The notes beneath the pieces were generated by a model. That model worked only from the letters and a program-made list of their open reading frames with translations. It was not told the DNA's origin and made no database searches. The position numbers were made by a program, and so were the translations under genes. Below are positions 1-12,422 of a DNA stretch of 64,000 nt, piece by piece. Origin of the DNA: Prorocentrum cordatum (lineage: Eukaryota); assembly GCA_963575745.1 (NCBI GenBank), contig CAUYUJ010000161.1:1-64000 (forward strand), given 5' to 3'. Each line of letters starts with the position of its first letter. The first letter of the stretch is position 1.

Positions 1-245
1 GGGGGGTGTGGGTGTGGGTGTGGGTGTGGGTGTGGTGTGGGTTCGGGTGTGGGTGTGGGTGTGGGTGTGGGTGTGGGTGGGTGTGGGGGTGGGTGTGGGT
101 GTGGGTGTGGGTGTGGGTGGGGTGTGGGTTGTGGGTCGTGGGTGTGTGTGCGTGCGTTGCGTGCGTGCGTGAGTGCGTGCGTGAGTGCGTGCGTGCGTGC
201 GTGCGTGTGTGTGTGTGTGTATGTGCGTGTGTGTGTGTGTGTGCG
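1..245. repeat. (GGGTGT)n microsatellite grading into (GCGT)n/(GT)n
   Basis: Direct reading of the sequence. Confidence 0.95.
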
Positions 246-2061
246 TGCGCGTCGCCCCTCAAGGGGCGGCTCGCGCGCGCGCCGAGAAATCTTGTGGTAT
301 ATGCGTCGTCGGGAAACAATGTACTACAAGGTGCGTATGCTTTATGATCGGGTCGGACGCGCGCCTCCCATGAGGACATCTATTACTAGTCTGTGCTCTG
401 TGCGTCCCAAAAGTCTGTCCTTTTCGGGCCCGCAAGGACCCCTTTGGGGCCCTTCTTCGACAGCCCTCGCCGTCCCCCATGGATCGCCCCCCCAATACAT
501 CGCCACCGAAAGCTTCAGGATGGGAATCGCCCCACTGCCCCCCCTCCTCCAATCTCCTCCGTCTCGGCATCGAGCGAGCGAGCGCATCGGGAACACCATC
601 TTGAAACACTGAAAGCAATCGGATTGCAACCACACATAAGAAAGCAACCGCAACTGTTGACATCCTGCGAGTACTAAAGCAGCACGCGTGGATGGGCGGG
701 AAACCTTCTGGACAACCTCAGGGGGAGACTGAGAGTAGTATTCATATGGTTTGAGCGGACAGCTAAATGTTTCGCACGCCTGCGCACCCCTGGTAAGCGT
801 TGGTGCCGGTGGATCTGGGAGCCCTCGTTAAACCAACCCCTCTCATGGGGGCTTGAGGAGGCCACAGGGTATGATGGAGCGCCCCTTTCTGCTCACTCAA
901 TATGCACTGCTGGGGGACTGCACGCCTTTTTCAGCTCCAATGTCATGGATATTGCGTGAAGATAAGTTGATAACCATGCGAGCGACGCACAAGAACGGGG
1001 TAGTCTGCGCCGACATTGGCGCGTAAGCTGCCCGCGTAAGCTCGCGCGGAAGAGCCCTCGTTCCCAATGTATCGAGCCACGTTGGCAGTCCGCGTAAGCC
1101 GCCGCGTAAGGTCGCTATGCCATCTCGCGTGCGGCCCGTTTTTGATCGTCGTTCATGGTAGACGAACGACACTGATTATGCGTTTCTGGAGAAGGCGTGG
1201 CTGCCATTGTCCAACATCTACGACGTCTTCACATTTCGCCTGGGCGGAGCCGCGCAGCGGAAGATGTGCTCAGAGAGACAGGAGGCTCGCACCTCCACCT
1301 CTGACTCCGCGCGTGCTCCCGCGCTGCCTCGGGGGGAGGAGGCGGCGGGTGAGGGGAAGCAGCAGCCCCTTCCGCGGCACGTGCAGCAGCAGCAGCAGCA
1401 GCAGGCCAGGTCATCAAGAGTGGCGAGGCCCTTGCCGAAAGCGTGGCGAGCCGGCGGGCAGGTCGGGCTCTACGGCACGCCGTTCTGTTGCTTCGTGCAC
1501 GTGGAGCCCGAGGAAGCTGGTCGGCCCTCCCCCCTTCCCCCCAGTCCTCCTCGCAACTCCTCTTGTTCTTCCTTCACCCCTCTTGCTCATAATCACTTCT
1601 CCTCGTCACACCACCAGCCGTGTCGTCAGAACAGGCAGGGCGTTTCACCGTGACTTCATGTCCCTTGTGCAATTTTCAGTTGGTGCAAGGTTCAAGGACA
1701 GAACACGGGTCATTTTCAAAATGCTGGGTTCGCATCAGAGCCGCGCGGATTTGTGTTTAAAGTATTCCACGCCGTTTGCCAACGTGGATCTCAAGTTGTG
1801 AGCTATTGTTTTCTTAATGTGCATTATGTGGTGCAATATTAGCAATTTGCCCTATGTTGTGGAAGCTCCGTGGTGTATGGGATGTAGTTAGTTGAAGGGC
1901 TTAAGACTGCACGCTGCAGAAGTCTAGCAAACATCCCATCCGCCCGTAACTTGCCGGCAACACTCAAGAGGCCGTGAGTGCTTCGGCAGAATTTGCTCAC
2001 AAATCCAAGCACGCGCCATGGCGAGGCGAAGCTGCGTGGGCGGGCGAGAGGAAAGTCTCCT

Positions 2062-2255
2062 GTGGCTGAGGCGCGGCCAGACCAAATGATTCTCCACCGG
2101 GCGGCCGGTGGCGCGCGGTGTCCCGCCGGTGTCCCGGTGGTGTCCTCTGTGGCTGAGGCGCGGCCGGACCAAATGATTCTCCACCGGGCGGCCGGTGGCG
2201 CGCGGTGTCCCGCCGGTGTCCCGCCGGTGTCCCGTCGGTGTCCCGTCGGTGTCCC
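2062..2255. repeat. Two ~87-bp tandem copies plus a GGTGTCCC(G) short-repeat cluster
   Basis: gtggctgaggcgcggcc.gaccaaatgattctccaccgggcggccggtggcgcgcggtgtccc occurs at ~2062 and ~2149. Confidence 0.9.
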
Positions 2256-2283
2256 GATCATGATGTTTATGATGATGATGATT

Positions 2284-2345
<62 letters not shown>

Positions 2346-2430
2346 GATGGTAATGATGATGATATTGATGATGGCGATGATGATGATGTTGTTGATGATG
2401 TTGATGCTGCTGATGATGATGATGATGACG
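2256..2430. repeat. (GAT)n microsatellite
   Basis: Direct reading. Confidence 0.95.
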
Positions 2431-3035
2431 TCGATTGCGAGATCGATAGTGATATCGATAGTGAGACCGAATGTGAGATCGATTGTGAGATCGATTGTGA
2501 TATCGGTAGTGAAATCGATAGTGAGACCGAATGTGAGATTGATTGTGAGATCGACTGTGAGATCGATAGTGCGATCGATAGTGAGACCGAATGTGAGATC
2601 GATTGTGAGATCGATTGTGAGATCGATAGTGAAATCGATAGTGAGACCGATTGTGACATCGATTGTGAGTTCGATAGTGAGATCGATAGTGAGACCGACT
2701 GTGAGATCGAGTGTGATATCGATAGTGAAATCGATAGTGAGACCGAATGGGAGATCGATAGTGAGATCGATAGTGAGACCGAATGTGAGATCGATTGTGA
2801 GATCGATTGTGATATCGATAGTGAAATCGATAGTGAGACCGAATGTGAGATCGATTGTGAGATCGATAGTGAGATCGATAGAGACCGAATGGAGATCGAT
2901 AGTGAGATCGATAGTGAGACCGAATGTGAGATCGATTGTGAGATCGATAGTGAGATCGATAGGGAGATCGATAGTGAGACCGAATGTGAGATCGATGGTG
3001 AGATCGATAGTGATATCGAGAGTGAGATCGATCGA
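2431..3035. repeat. 12-bp minisatellite (GTGAGATCGATW / GTGAGACCGAAT variants)
   Basis: About 50 tandem 12-mers; these produce the repetitive ORFs (IDLT/SIVR/EIDS) in the ORF track. Confidence 0.95.
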
Positions 3036-4356
3036 GTGCGACGTTGGTCCCTCCCCCCCCCTCACCTCCTTATCACCCGAAGGGTGGTCGTATAGGTAGG
3101 AAAATATGGGAAGTGGGGGGGAGACAAAAACTTAGAAAATATGGGAAAATATTGGGAATCCTGTTTTTTGTGTGTACTTATTTGTGTGTCCCAGGGTCCC
3201 TTCCAAATTTCGCTCTGATAGCACAATTGTTCTTCATCCAGCTGCATGCGGCATGGCCCGCCACTGTACAAGCTCAGCATTCTCGGTGCCGATTGTGAAA
3301 GGGGGCACGGGAGGTCGTAACGTGCGATATTGATTGTCCTGAGGCGTCGGGGAGCCGTAACATGCGATGCACGAAATGTTGTCGAGTGTGTGCGTGCGTG
3401 CGTGTGTGCGTATGTCTTACCACCTGCCCCATCCATTGTGCGGCGACTCTTGGAGTAATGTCCAGATTGCTCTGGCATGTGTCATTCGCCCACATTGAGG
3501 CTGTTTTGGGTTGCTGCGAGGCCGCGCTTGGGCGGAAACAGTAATATGAGGGGGATGATGACAATGCGGATCAGGATTAAGAAACAGTGGGGGATGAGGA
3601 ACGAGCTTCTCTGACACTTGCGCAAGAAGCAATGGTGCAGGAACCAGCGATGCCTTGTGTAGGGAGGTCACAAGGTGATAACACTTGACACGTGCCTTTT
3701 CTTTTACGGGACGGGTTGTGATGCGGCTGCGCTCTCATATCGGGCTTGTCACCAGACATTTCCGGACGACCGCAGCAGAACAATTGCACACTCGTGTAGG
3801 CAGGGCTTGTGCGCGTGCGCGGGACCGCTGACCCGAGTGGCGTGCCCCTCTGGATGCGTGTAGCCCCGGCGTGCACGCGGGGCAGCGGACACGAATCTAC
3901 GAGGCACGGCCTGCTCGTGGGGGGACCGCTGACGGTACGTGGCGTTAAAGGCGTCTCGTGGAATTGCGTGTTCAGAACATATTAGAGAGATTCCTCTGCA
4001 GTCCATTCATCAGGCGGAATTGGAGTTTCTCTCAAAATTTTCGCTTGTCGCCGTGGCCGAATTCTGAGGAGCTTTTCTGCGGGCCGATAATCAAGCGGAG
4101 CGGGAGTTTCCCAACATAGGCTTCAGCCAAGCAATTTTGAGAAACTCGGCGGCTTTCAATGAGAGGGGACGAGGGAGCGGACTTTCGAGGCAGGGGCCGC
4201 CCATGGCAAGGTCCAGGCCGGGTCCGTCGGGCCCGGCCCGGCCCGGGCCGGGCCAGGCAGGGCTGGGTCTCTGGGCCAGGCGCGAAGGGGGTATATAGCG
4301 TACCCAGACATGGGACGTCCTGTTTTTTGTCAAGACGGCGTCCCCAGAAGTCCAGA

Positions 4357-4542
4357 CCCAGAGATCCACGGCATTGAAAAAAATCAAGACGGAGGTTTTT
4401 CCCCAATTTCGGCCCCTCTAGGGGTTCTCGCCGGGCCTCGGGACCGTCACAGAACGACTCAGGATGAAAAACGGGTCCTGGGGAATGGGTCGAGACTTCC
4501 GGAGACCGCGTATTGAGAAAATCACGACATCGGATCTCTGGG
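4357..4542. mobile_element. MITE-like element, 186 bp, with 11-bp TIR CCCAGAGATCC
   Basis: Perfect TIRs at 4357-4367 and 4532-4542; an inverted second copy lies at 44049-44231. Confidence 0.75.
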
Positions 4543-5678
4543 GTTGGACTCGGCGATCTGGATTCGGCGACCGGGCATAGACCCATGGTTCGGGCCCGCC
4601 GATCCGGCCCAGAATTGGCCCCGACCCGGCCCCACATTCGGCACGATGGTAGGGCAGGAACGGGGACGAAGACCGACCGTAGTTCCTGTTCATTTCGATC
4701 AGGACTCGTAGTCGGCGTCGCCGCGGACATTGTCCGTTTGAGACAGAAGGTCGCTTACCCAACAGCGGCGGCTGTCGAATTTGGGCTTCCGTAAGACACG
4801 ACCCGGCCCGGCGACCCACTCCTCCGGACCGGGCCCAGGCCCGGCCCGTGCCTGGCGACCAGGACCCGGCCAGGACCCGGCCAGGACCCAGCGATTTTGC
4901 TCAGACCTGGCCCAGACCCAGGGTTCCGGTTCTCCGCCCTGGCTTTTCAAAGAAGGGAGCGGCGCGGATCAGGGACCCCCTTTCCTGGGCCTGAATCGTG
5001 GCCTCTTGGGGCGCTCTTGGGCTTGGGTCTGTTTTGGGGCTCGGGCCACTTTTGGGGCTCTCCGCCACCTCGAAGGCCATCTTGAGCTCTCTGGAGCCGT
5101 TGCGGAGCCATGTTGGCTAAAATGCCTCCCAAGGATGCATCCGAACGGCCCTCCCAAGGATTTTGGCCCAAGGGGAGGTTTCTCAGTCGGCAGGGTGAGG
5201 CTGCCCGCTCCTCCAGCACCCTACCCGCACGCTCAGCCCGCGCGCGATGCTTCAGGATTTCGGGGCGGCTCTCGCCGCGCAGGGGAACGGCGAGGCAGCG
5301 CGCACCGAGTCCGACGGGCTCAGCCTGGCCCGCACGCAGTGCTCCTCGGGAGAGTTGCTCGACCTCGGCGACGACCACGGCGCCAGCGCTCACACGGAGA
5401 GCTGGGGCGCTTCCGCGCTGCCGAGGTCAAGCAGTGGCGAAGCGTCCTGGCTCGCTCATAGCCCATAGCCCTAGCAAACAGTGTTATAACAACCTTCTGT
5501 GGCTTTCCACGAAGGGTCCTTAGAGCATTTCTGGCGGAGGTTGTCTTGTTTGAACACATCGGGCGAATATTCTAAGAACATGGCTTTTGTTCTAAGAACG
5601 TTTTTGGGGTTCTAAGGAGATTTCGTGGTAGGACTCTACGAATGCCGGGACGATCGGCCCCTGCTCAACGAGGGACTC

Positions 5679-5901
5679 AGAGCCCCGAATCATCAGGGGT
5701 AAGTCGGGTCAGGGATAACTCGGGTTCTTTTTCGGGAATCCAAACCCGAGTTACCCCGGACCCGAGTTACCCCGGATAACTCGGGCGTCCAGAGCCCCGA
5801 ATCATCAGGGGTAACTCGGGTCAGGGATAACTCGGGTTCCTTTTTTCGGGAGTCCAAACCCGAGTTACCCCGGACCCGAGTTACCCCGGATAACTCGGGC
5901 G
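5679..5901. repeat. Two ~111-bp tandem units built from inverted TAACTCGGG/CCCGAGTTA motifs
   Basis: cagagccccgaatcatcaggggtaa starts at ~5679 and ~5790. Confidence 0.9.
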
Positions 5902-6274
5902 CCCAAAGGGACGGCGAAGCGCCGGCCCTCTTCCAGACGGCGCGCCCCGAGATGGTCCTCCTCGGGGGCGGGCGCCCCCAGGGTGGGCCTGCCGTGCCGC
6001 GTCGCCTCCGGTCCGCGGCGTTCTGGGAGCAGAGGGCCGCAGCCACCGCCCGGCGGCCGGGCTGCTCGCCGTGGGAGCTGGGCCCGAGGAAGCGCGGTCC
6101 GTGCCACGACGAGGAGGCCTAGTCGCTCGGGGTGCCATCGCAGACGACTCCGCACGGTGCGGGCTTCGCAGCAGGCAGGGGACAAAAAGTCGCATAAGCA
6201 TAACAACTCGGAGGTCCGATTTTTTATGTTTATGTGACTTGTTGTTCCCCTGGCAGGGGCGCGGTCACGGGGCG

Positions 6275-7910
6275 ACTCGGGCGCGGCAGCTTGCCAGGTG
6301 CTTGCGCTTCCGCGGCGGGCTGCTTGCACTTCCCTCTTTTTGTTGGAGACAGGCCACGGTTGCCAGATCTCCGCGCGTCGGCCGATTCAAATGTTGGACC
6401 CGGCACGCCTGCCGATGGGCAATTCATATTTCTCAACGCGCATCTTCATTCAGGAGTTCGACCTTTTTCTTCTCCTCCCTCCTTCTTCTCCTCTCTCTCT
6501 CCTCCTCCCTCCTCCTACCCTGTCCTCTCTCCCTTTTTTTTCCTCCCTCCTCCTATCCAATCTCCTTCTCCTCCTATCTCCTTCTACTCCTCCTCCTCCT
6601 CTCCCTGCCGTCACTCCTGATTTCGGAGATGTTGGTTTTATTGTGAGCCTGGCGCTTCCGCGGACTGCTTGCTTTTCTCTTTCTGCAGTGGAGCCGCAGA
6701 GAGGCAACCGCTGCGCGCCATCTGCCGTGATGCTGGCGTATAGGAGATCTCGAGTTTCCGCAAGCCGCCCTCGTATCGTGCATGGGTCCACGTCCATAGG
6801 AGCTCCACTCCAGATACTCCGCTGTTCCCCTTCGTGTTAGAAACCGCAGGGAGCTGGTTCGAAGAAGGCCCCAAGACGGCCTCATGACGCACCAGCAAAA
6901 AGACCCCAGTGCCCAAGACAGATCCGAGAGGCGCCCAGATTGCCACACGAGGTCTCAGGCCTGAAGCACCAAGACGTTTCCCTTCCTCCGTCCTTCGTCG
7001 TCTTACTCTTGCGGTATGCTCCGCCGCCGCCGCCACTGCTGACTCGACTGCTTGGCTCGGAGTGGCCAGAACGAGCGAAAGACAGGCCACGGTTGCTTCA
7101 AATATTGGACCACGCCCGCCGATGGGCACCCTATATTTCTCAACGCGCATCTTCACTCAGGAGTTCGTCCTCTTTCTTCTCCTCCCTCCTTCTTCTCCTC
7201 TCTCTCTCTCTCCTCTCTCACTCCTCCTACCCTGTCCTCTCTCCCTGCTTTTCTCCTCCTTCCTCCTATCCTATCTCCTCCTCCTCCTCCTCTTCCTCCT
7301 CCTCCTCTCCCTGCCGTCACTCCTGATTTCGGAGATGTTGGTTTTATTGTGAGCCTGGCGCTTCCGCGGACTGCTTGCACTTCTCTTTCTGCAGTGGAGC
7401 CGCAGAGAGGCAACCGCTGCGCGCCATCTGCCGTGATGCTGGCGTATAGGAGATCTCGAGTTTCCGCAAGCCGTCCTCGTGTCGTGCATGCGTCCACGTC
7501 CATACGAGCTCTACTCCAGATACTCCGCTGTTCCCCTTCGTGTTGGAAACCGCAGGGAGCTGGTCCGAAGAAGGCCCCAAGACGGCCTCATGACCAGCAA
7601 GAAGACCCCAGTGCCCAAGACAGATCCGAGAGACGCCCAGGTTGCCACACGAGGTCTCAGGCCTGAAGCACCAAGACGTTTCCCTTCCTCCGTCCTTCGT
7701 CGTCTTACTCTTGCGGTCAGCTCCGCCGCCGCAGGAGCGCGGTCGCAGGGTGATTCGGGCACGGCAACTTGCCAGGTGCTTGCGCTTCCGCGGCGGATTG
7801 CTTGCATGTCTCTTTTTTGTTGCAGTGGAGCCGCAGAGAGGCAACCGCTGCGCGCCATCTGCCCTGATGCTTGCTTAGGGGATCTCGAGTTTCCGCAAGC
7901 CGCCCTAGTA
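6275..7910. repeat. Tandem segmental duplication (~730-bp unit x2 plus a partial third), each unit with a CT-rich tract
   Basis: gacaggccacggttgc occurs at ~6348 and ~7081; tggagccgcagagaggcaaccgc occurs three times (~6689, ~7395, ~7826). Confidence 0.9.
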
Positions 7911-8899
7911 TTGGGCATGGGCTCACGCCCATAAATGGGAGTATGTCATGTAACAGGGAACTGGATCCCCCGACCACGGGCCGCACACTTTTTCAAACAT
8001 CCCTTTATCCCCTGGTGTCACCTTTTAGTCCTGGCGGGGTCCTGACTTTTTTCGGGGCGTTTCCGGGCCGGGCTCGCTGTTGGGGGGCCGCCAAAGAGCC
8101 CCCAAAGCGATGAGACAGCCGTCCCGACGGCCCAAGACTGTCCCGAGCCGCCCCGACGACCCAAGACGGCCCATCTTGGGGCGATCTTTGGTGCTCTTGG
8201 GGGCCTCCAGAGCCAAGTTGAAAAGAGATCGGGAGTTTGCTCAAATCTTCTGCTGTCTTCAAGTCGAACCCCCCATCACAGTCCCCAGGGTGCGTTTCCG
8301 TGTCCACCGCCCGCCGCTTTCCTCTCCCGGCCCACTCTCCTGCTCTGTGTGTTCACGCGATTCCCACTTCGCATCCGCCCCGCCTCCTTCCTCTTCGTCT
8401 CTGCTTCGCGCCATCCTTTTCTCCGCCTCCCTCATGCAATTCCGTCACGTCCATCTCTCATCTCATTTCTCCTTCACTCCTTCCTCCCTCCGCCTCTTTC
8501 GCCCAGCATCCTGCTCCACTGTGTGGACGGAGACCCAGCTTGACGAAAAAGGGACGTCCCTCAAGTCCTTTTTTCCCAAGCTCGACCCCAGTCGACATTT
8601 CGAGCCCAGACGCCACGATCGCCGGGGAGGCCCCGAGGAGCGCCCAAGAAGTCCCAAGGGGCCACCAGAGCCTCCCGAAGCCTCCCACAAGTTCCCTTCG
8701 GGCAGCTGCTCGGTGTATCTGCTCAGAGCAGCAGGATTTCTTAGGGTCTGCTTACTTAGCGACTCCTGAAGCGTCCATCTAGAAGTACGCTCCCGTATGG
8801 TGATCCTTGCGGGATGATGCCAATCCCATCCGAACCTGCGAGGGTGGCTGGGACTGCCCTACAACCTAACCGCGCTCGAAGTGCGCGCCTGATTCCAGT

Positions 8900-9689
8900 G
8901 TGGGTTTGTGTATATATATATATACATATGGGAGATCCCGGCCCCCGCGCCCCGGGCCGGAACCTCCCTTGTATATGCGTGGGTCCCTCCCCTGGCGGCG
9001 TCCCCAGGGGCTCCGAGACGGCCCCAAGAAGGCCGAGGAGGCCCCCAAGTGGTCCCAGAGGGCCCCGAGACGCCGAAAGATCGCTCCAAGACGCCCACGA
9101 TGATCCCAAGACGGCTTCAGTGGCCTCCAAAACGCGGCTAGCGGTCTCCAAGAGGCCTTCCCAAGAGGGTCCCAAGAGGCAAAACAGGCCCAACAATGTC
9201 AATACACAGCCCAAGAGCCTTCCAATATGTATGTATATATGTGTGTATATACATGGATGTGTAGGTTTATGTGCGTCTGTATGTATGTATGCATGCATGC
9301 ATGCATGCATGCATGTATGTATGTATATATATATATATATACGTGTGCATGTATGTATGTATGTATGTGTGTATGTATGTATGTACGTGTGTATGTATGT
9401 ATGCATGCCTGCATGCATGCATGTATGTATGTATGTACGTACGTACGTACGTACGTACGTATGTCGTATGTATGTTGTCTGTCTGTCTGTATGTATGTTT
9501 GTATGTATGCATGTATGTATGTATGTATGTATGTATGTATATGTGTAGGTATGTATGCATGTATGTATGTATGTGTGTATGTATGTATGTATGTATGCAT
9601 GCATGCATGCATGCATGTATGTATGCATGCATGCATGCATGCATGCATGCATGCATGTATGTATGTATGTATGTATGTATGTATGTATG

Positions 9690-9720
<31 letters not shown>

Positions 9721-10757
9721 GTATAGGGGAGGGGGTCCCGGGCCCCCCGAAGTGCACTGATTTGTCTTCTGGCCGTTTCGGGCCCGGCGGGGGGCGGCAA
9801 ACAACGTCAAAGGGGGCGAGAGACGTCCACGAGGGCGCATTGATGGCCCAAGAGCGCTCCAAGAGAGCCCAAGACCGCACAAGAGCGTTCCAAAATTGGT
9901 CCAACATGGCTTTGAAGACAGCCTAAGAGGGCTTCAAGATGGCCACGATGCCCTCAAGGGTTCCCACGAGGCACTCGGGAGGCGAACCAAGTAGGCTTCC
10001 TCAATGGTTTTTGACGGTTGTTCGTGTTCTCGTTGTTTCGTGCCTCCCACGGTCCAAGACAGCCCATGAGGCCCCAGAAACCAGCTCAAGACGGCCCAAG
10101 AGGCACCCAAAGAGGGCGCCACGACGGCGCAATAGAGAGCCCCAAGACGGCCCAACGAGTGCCCCAAGGCGGCCCCAGAGGCGCCCAAGATCGCCCCAAG
10201 AGGGCCCTAAGAGGGGCCCAAGAGGGGGAACACGAACCGACAATTCGAGCCTTCCGCCCCAGTAGGCCTCCAGGAGGCCCCCAAGAGGCCCCCAAGAGAG
10301 ACCAGGAGGCCCCCTAGAGGCCCCCTAGAGGCTCCACGAGGCCCCACAGGAGCCCCAAAAGACGCCCCACGAGCATCCGTAGCCATTTTGGCTCAAGGTG
10401 GCTCTGACTGCAGTGCGCAAGCGCTCATCATAGTTGCCCATCACCATGCAGACCCCGCGACCAGGCCCCTGGGGCCCGAGGCTGCCCACTTTTCCCAAAC
10501 TCCCCCCTCCCCCCGCGGTGCCCACTGTTTCCCTCGGGGTCCTTCGGGGGGCTTTCGGAGGGCCCGAAGGCGCTCCCCAGACGGTCCAGGAGGCGTCCGA
10601 GACGGTCCAAGAGTGCGCCAAGACGCCCAAGATGGCTTCAAGACGGCCCGAGAGGCCCCCCAAGCGCTTGAAGAGGGCTCCAAGAGGACACTTATGAGGG
10701 CCGCAAGGAACACACATCGCCCTGATTCCTCGTATGTTTGGCCTATGCGTTCCTATT

Positions 10758-10793
<36 letters not shown>

Positions 10794-11050
10794 TATGTGT
10801 GTGCTATGTATGTATGTATGTATGTATGTATGTATGTATGTATGTATGTATATATATATAGAAGTAAATAGCGTCCACGACGGCCTCAGAGAACCCCAAG
10901 AGCGCCGCAAGACATCCCAACAAGGCCTCCAAGACGGCCCAAGAAGCTCCCAGGATCGCCCCAAGACGTCCCACAGAGCCCTCCAAGACGACTTCCGTAG
11001 GCGCCTGTGGATCCCAGAGCGCTCTGAGACAGTCCAAGAGGCCCACAAGG
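8900..11050. repeat. (TATG)n/(TA)n microsatellites alternating with CCAAGA-rich dispersed-repeat segments
   Basis: Microsatellites at 9225-9722 and 10758-10860 are flanked by ccaagacggccc-rich sequence; the same family recurs at 22040-22570, 32930-33240 and, reversed, at 42440-42800. Confidence 0.85.
10376..10397 (+). ncRNA. Dinoflagellate spliced leader (DinoSL) 22-mer: an SL relic or the exon of an SL RNA gene
   Basis: TCCGTAGCCATTTTGGCTCAAG is an exact match to the conserved DCCGTAGCCATTTTGGCTCAAG and is followed by GT. Confidence 0.9.
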
Positions 11051-11259
11051 CACCTCACTCCATACCCCTCCCCGCTCCTCCCAGATCGTTCCCATTCCTC
11101 CCCATCCCTCCCCGCTCCAGGCAGGTGTGCGCGAGGCGGTTGCGTCTCTGGCCGCGAGATCCTGCCAGTGCATACCTACATGTACGACCACCCTTCGAGT
11201 GATAAGGAGGTTGTGTGTGTGGCGGTGTGGGGGATGAAGGGGGACCAACTGGAGCTACA

Positions 11260-11530
11260 ACATAGCATCGCATAGCATCGCATAGCACAGCATAGACGAG
11301 CATCGCGTATCATAGCACAACATATCATTGCATAGCATGTCATCGCATCGCATCGCATCGCATATAATAGCATAGCATCGCATGGCACAGTACGGCGTAG
11401 CATAGCATAGCATCGCATTGCGCAGCATAGTATCGCATCGCATCAGACCGCATAATTTAGCATCGCATTGATAACATAGCGTAGAATTGTACAGCATGGC
11501 ATAGCACAGCACAGCACAGCATCGCATAGC
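11260..11530. repeat. (GCATA/GCATC)n pentanucleotide microsatellite
   Basis: Direct reading. Confidence 0.9.
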
Positions 11531-11550
11531 ACCAGACACGACGAGACACC

Positions 11551-12004
11551 GCGGGACACCGCGGGACACCCCAAGGCCACCGCCAGCCACCCCCGGTCCA
11601 CTGTTGGCCAACCGGGGGGCACAGCAAAATTTGGCCCAGTTTTGCCGTAAGCACAGATGGTTCTTTCCTCTCGCCTTCCGACGCAGCTTCGCCGCACCCA
11701 CACGCGCGACACGAACACGAAACCGAGAACGATTTCCTGGCGGGGGGCTCCTGTTCACTTCGATCTCTTTCCCAACTTCGGATTCTGTCACACCACGGGA
11801 CACCGCGGGACACCCCCGGGCAACCACTGGCCAACCGGGGGGCGCAGCAGAATTTTGTTCGGTTTTGCTTGAGCACGGCGGGATCATCCCCCTCGCCCGC
11901 CGAAGCAGCCTCGCCTCGCCCACACGCACGACACGAAACCGATAACTACTTCTTGGCGGGGGGTCTCTTGTTCACGTCGATCTCTTTCCCAACCTCGGAT
12001 TCTA
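11551..12004. repeat. Diverged tandem duplication (~220-240-bp unit x2)
   Basis: ggccaaccggggggc...cgatctctttcccaac.tcggattct occurs twice. Confidence 0.85.
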
Positions 12005-12422
12005 TCTGCTTGCTGCGGAGACAATCGTTTGTTTCGCTTCGCCTGGCCCCTCCTCCCCCCCCCTTCCTAGAGCCGCCGTCCCGGCTCAGGGGTTTTGGGC
12101 GCAGATCCCAGGGATCTGCGAACCCCTCCGTCGGACAGCGGCCATACGTGCTGGCCTGCCTCCAGCGAGGCGGCTGGCCGTGCCATCGCACCGCGCGCGC
12201 GGGCAACTGTGGCAGGCCCCGGGCCCTCCGCCACAGCGTGCCGCGCCTGCGACGCTCGTGGCAGGCCCCGGGCCCACCGCCACGACGCGCCGCGCAGCGC
12301 CACCAGAGCCAGCCTGGCACAGGCGAGAGAGGTCACGCAGAGCGAGTGACCGTGTCTTTGTCAGACTAGCTGCATCGTTTGCACGACTTCAACAGCATCA
12401 CAGCAGTCAGAGGGGGACCACA

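Noticed and set aside
1..140. (GGGTGT)n as a telomere
   Set aside because: Dinoflagellate telomeres are TTTAGGG-type; this tract grades into ordinary GT microsatellite.
1839..3099. Long ORFs (IDLT/SIVR/EIDS repeats) as repeat proteins
   Set aside because: The 3- and 12-bp periodicity leaves several frames open on both strands, and there is no unique coding context.
8756..9926. MYVC/HTYI ORFs here and at 21338-22509
   Set aside because: They are translations of (TATG)n microsatellites.
10446..10455. ATGCAGA after the SL as the start of a ubiquitin retrocopy
   Set aside because: Only 7 nt match before the sequence diverges into repeat DNA, which is insufficient.
12071..12220. HDV-like ribozyme at the LINE 5' end (GCC-TCCAGCGA-GGC resembles P3/L3)
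   Set aside because: P1 would be only ~4 bp and no proper J4/2-P2 arrangement could be built; simple hairpins explain the region.
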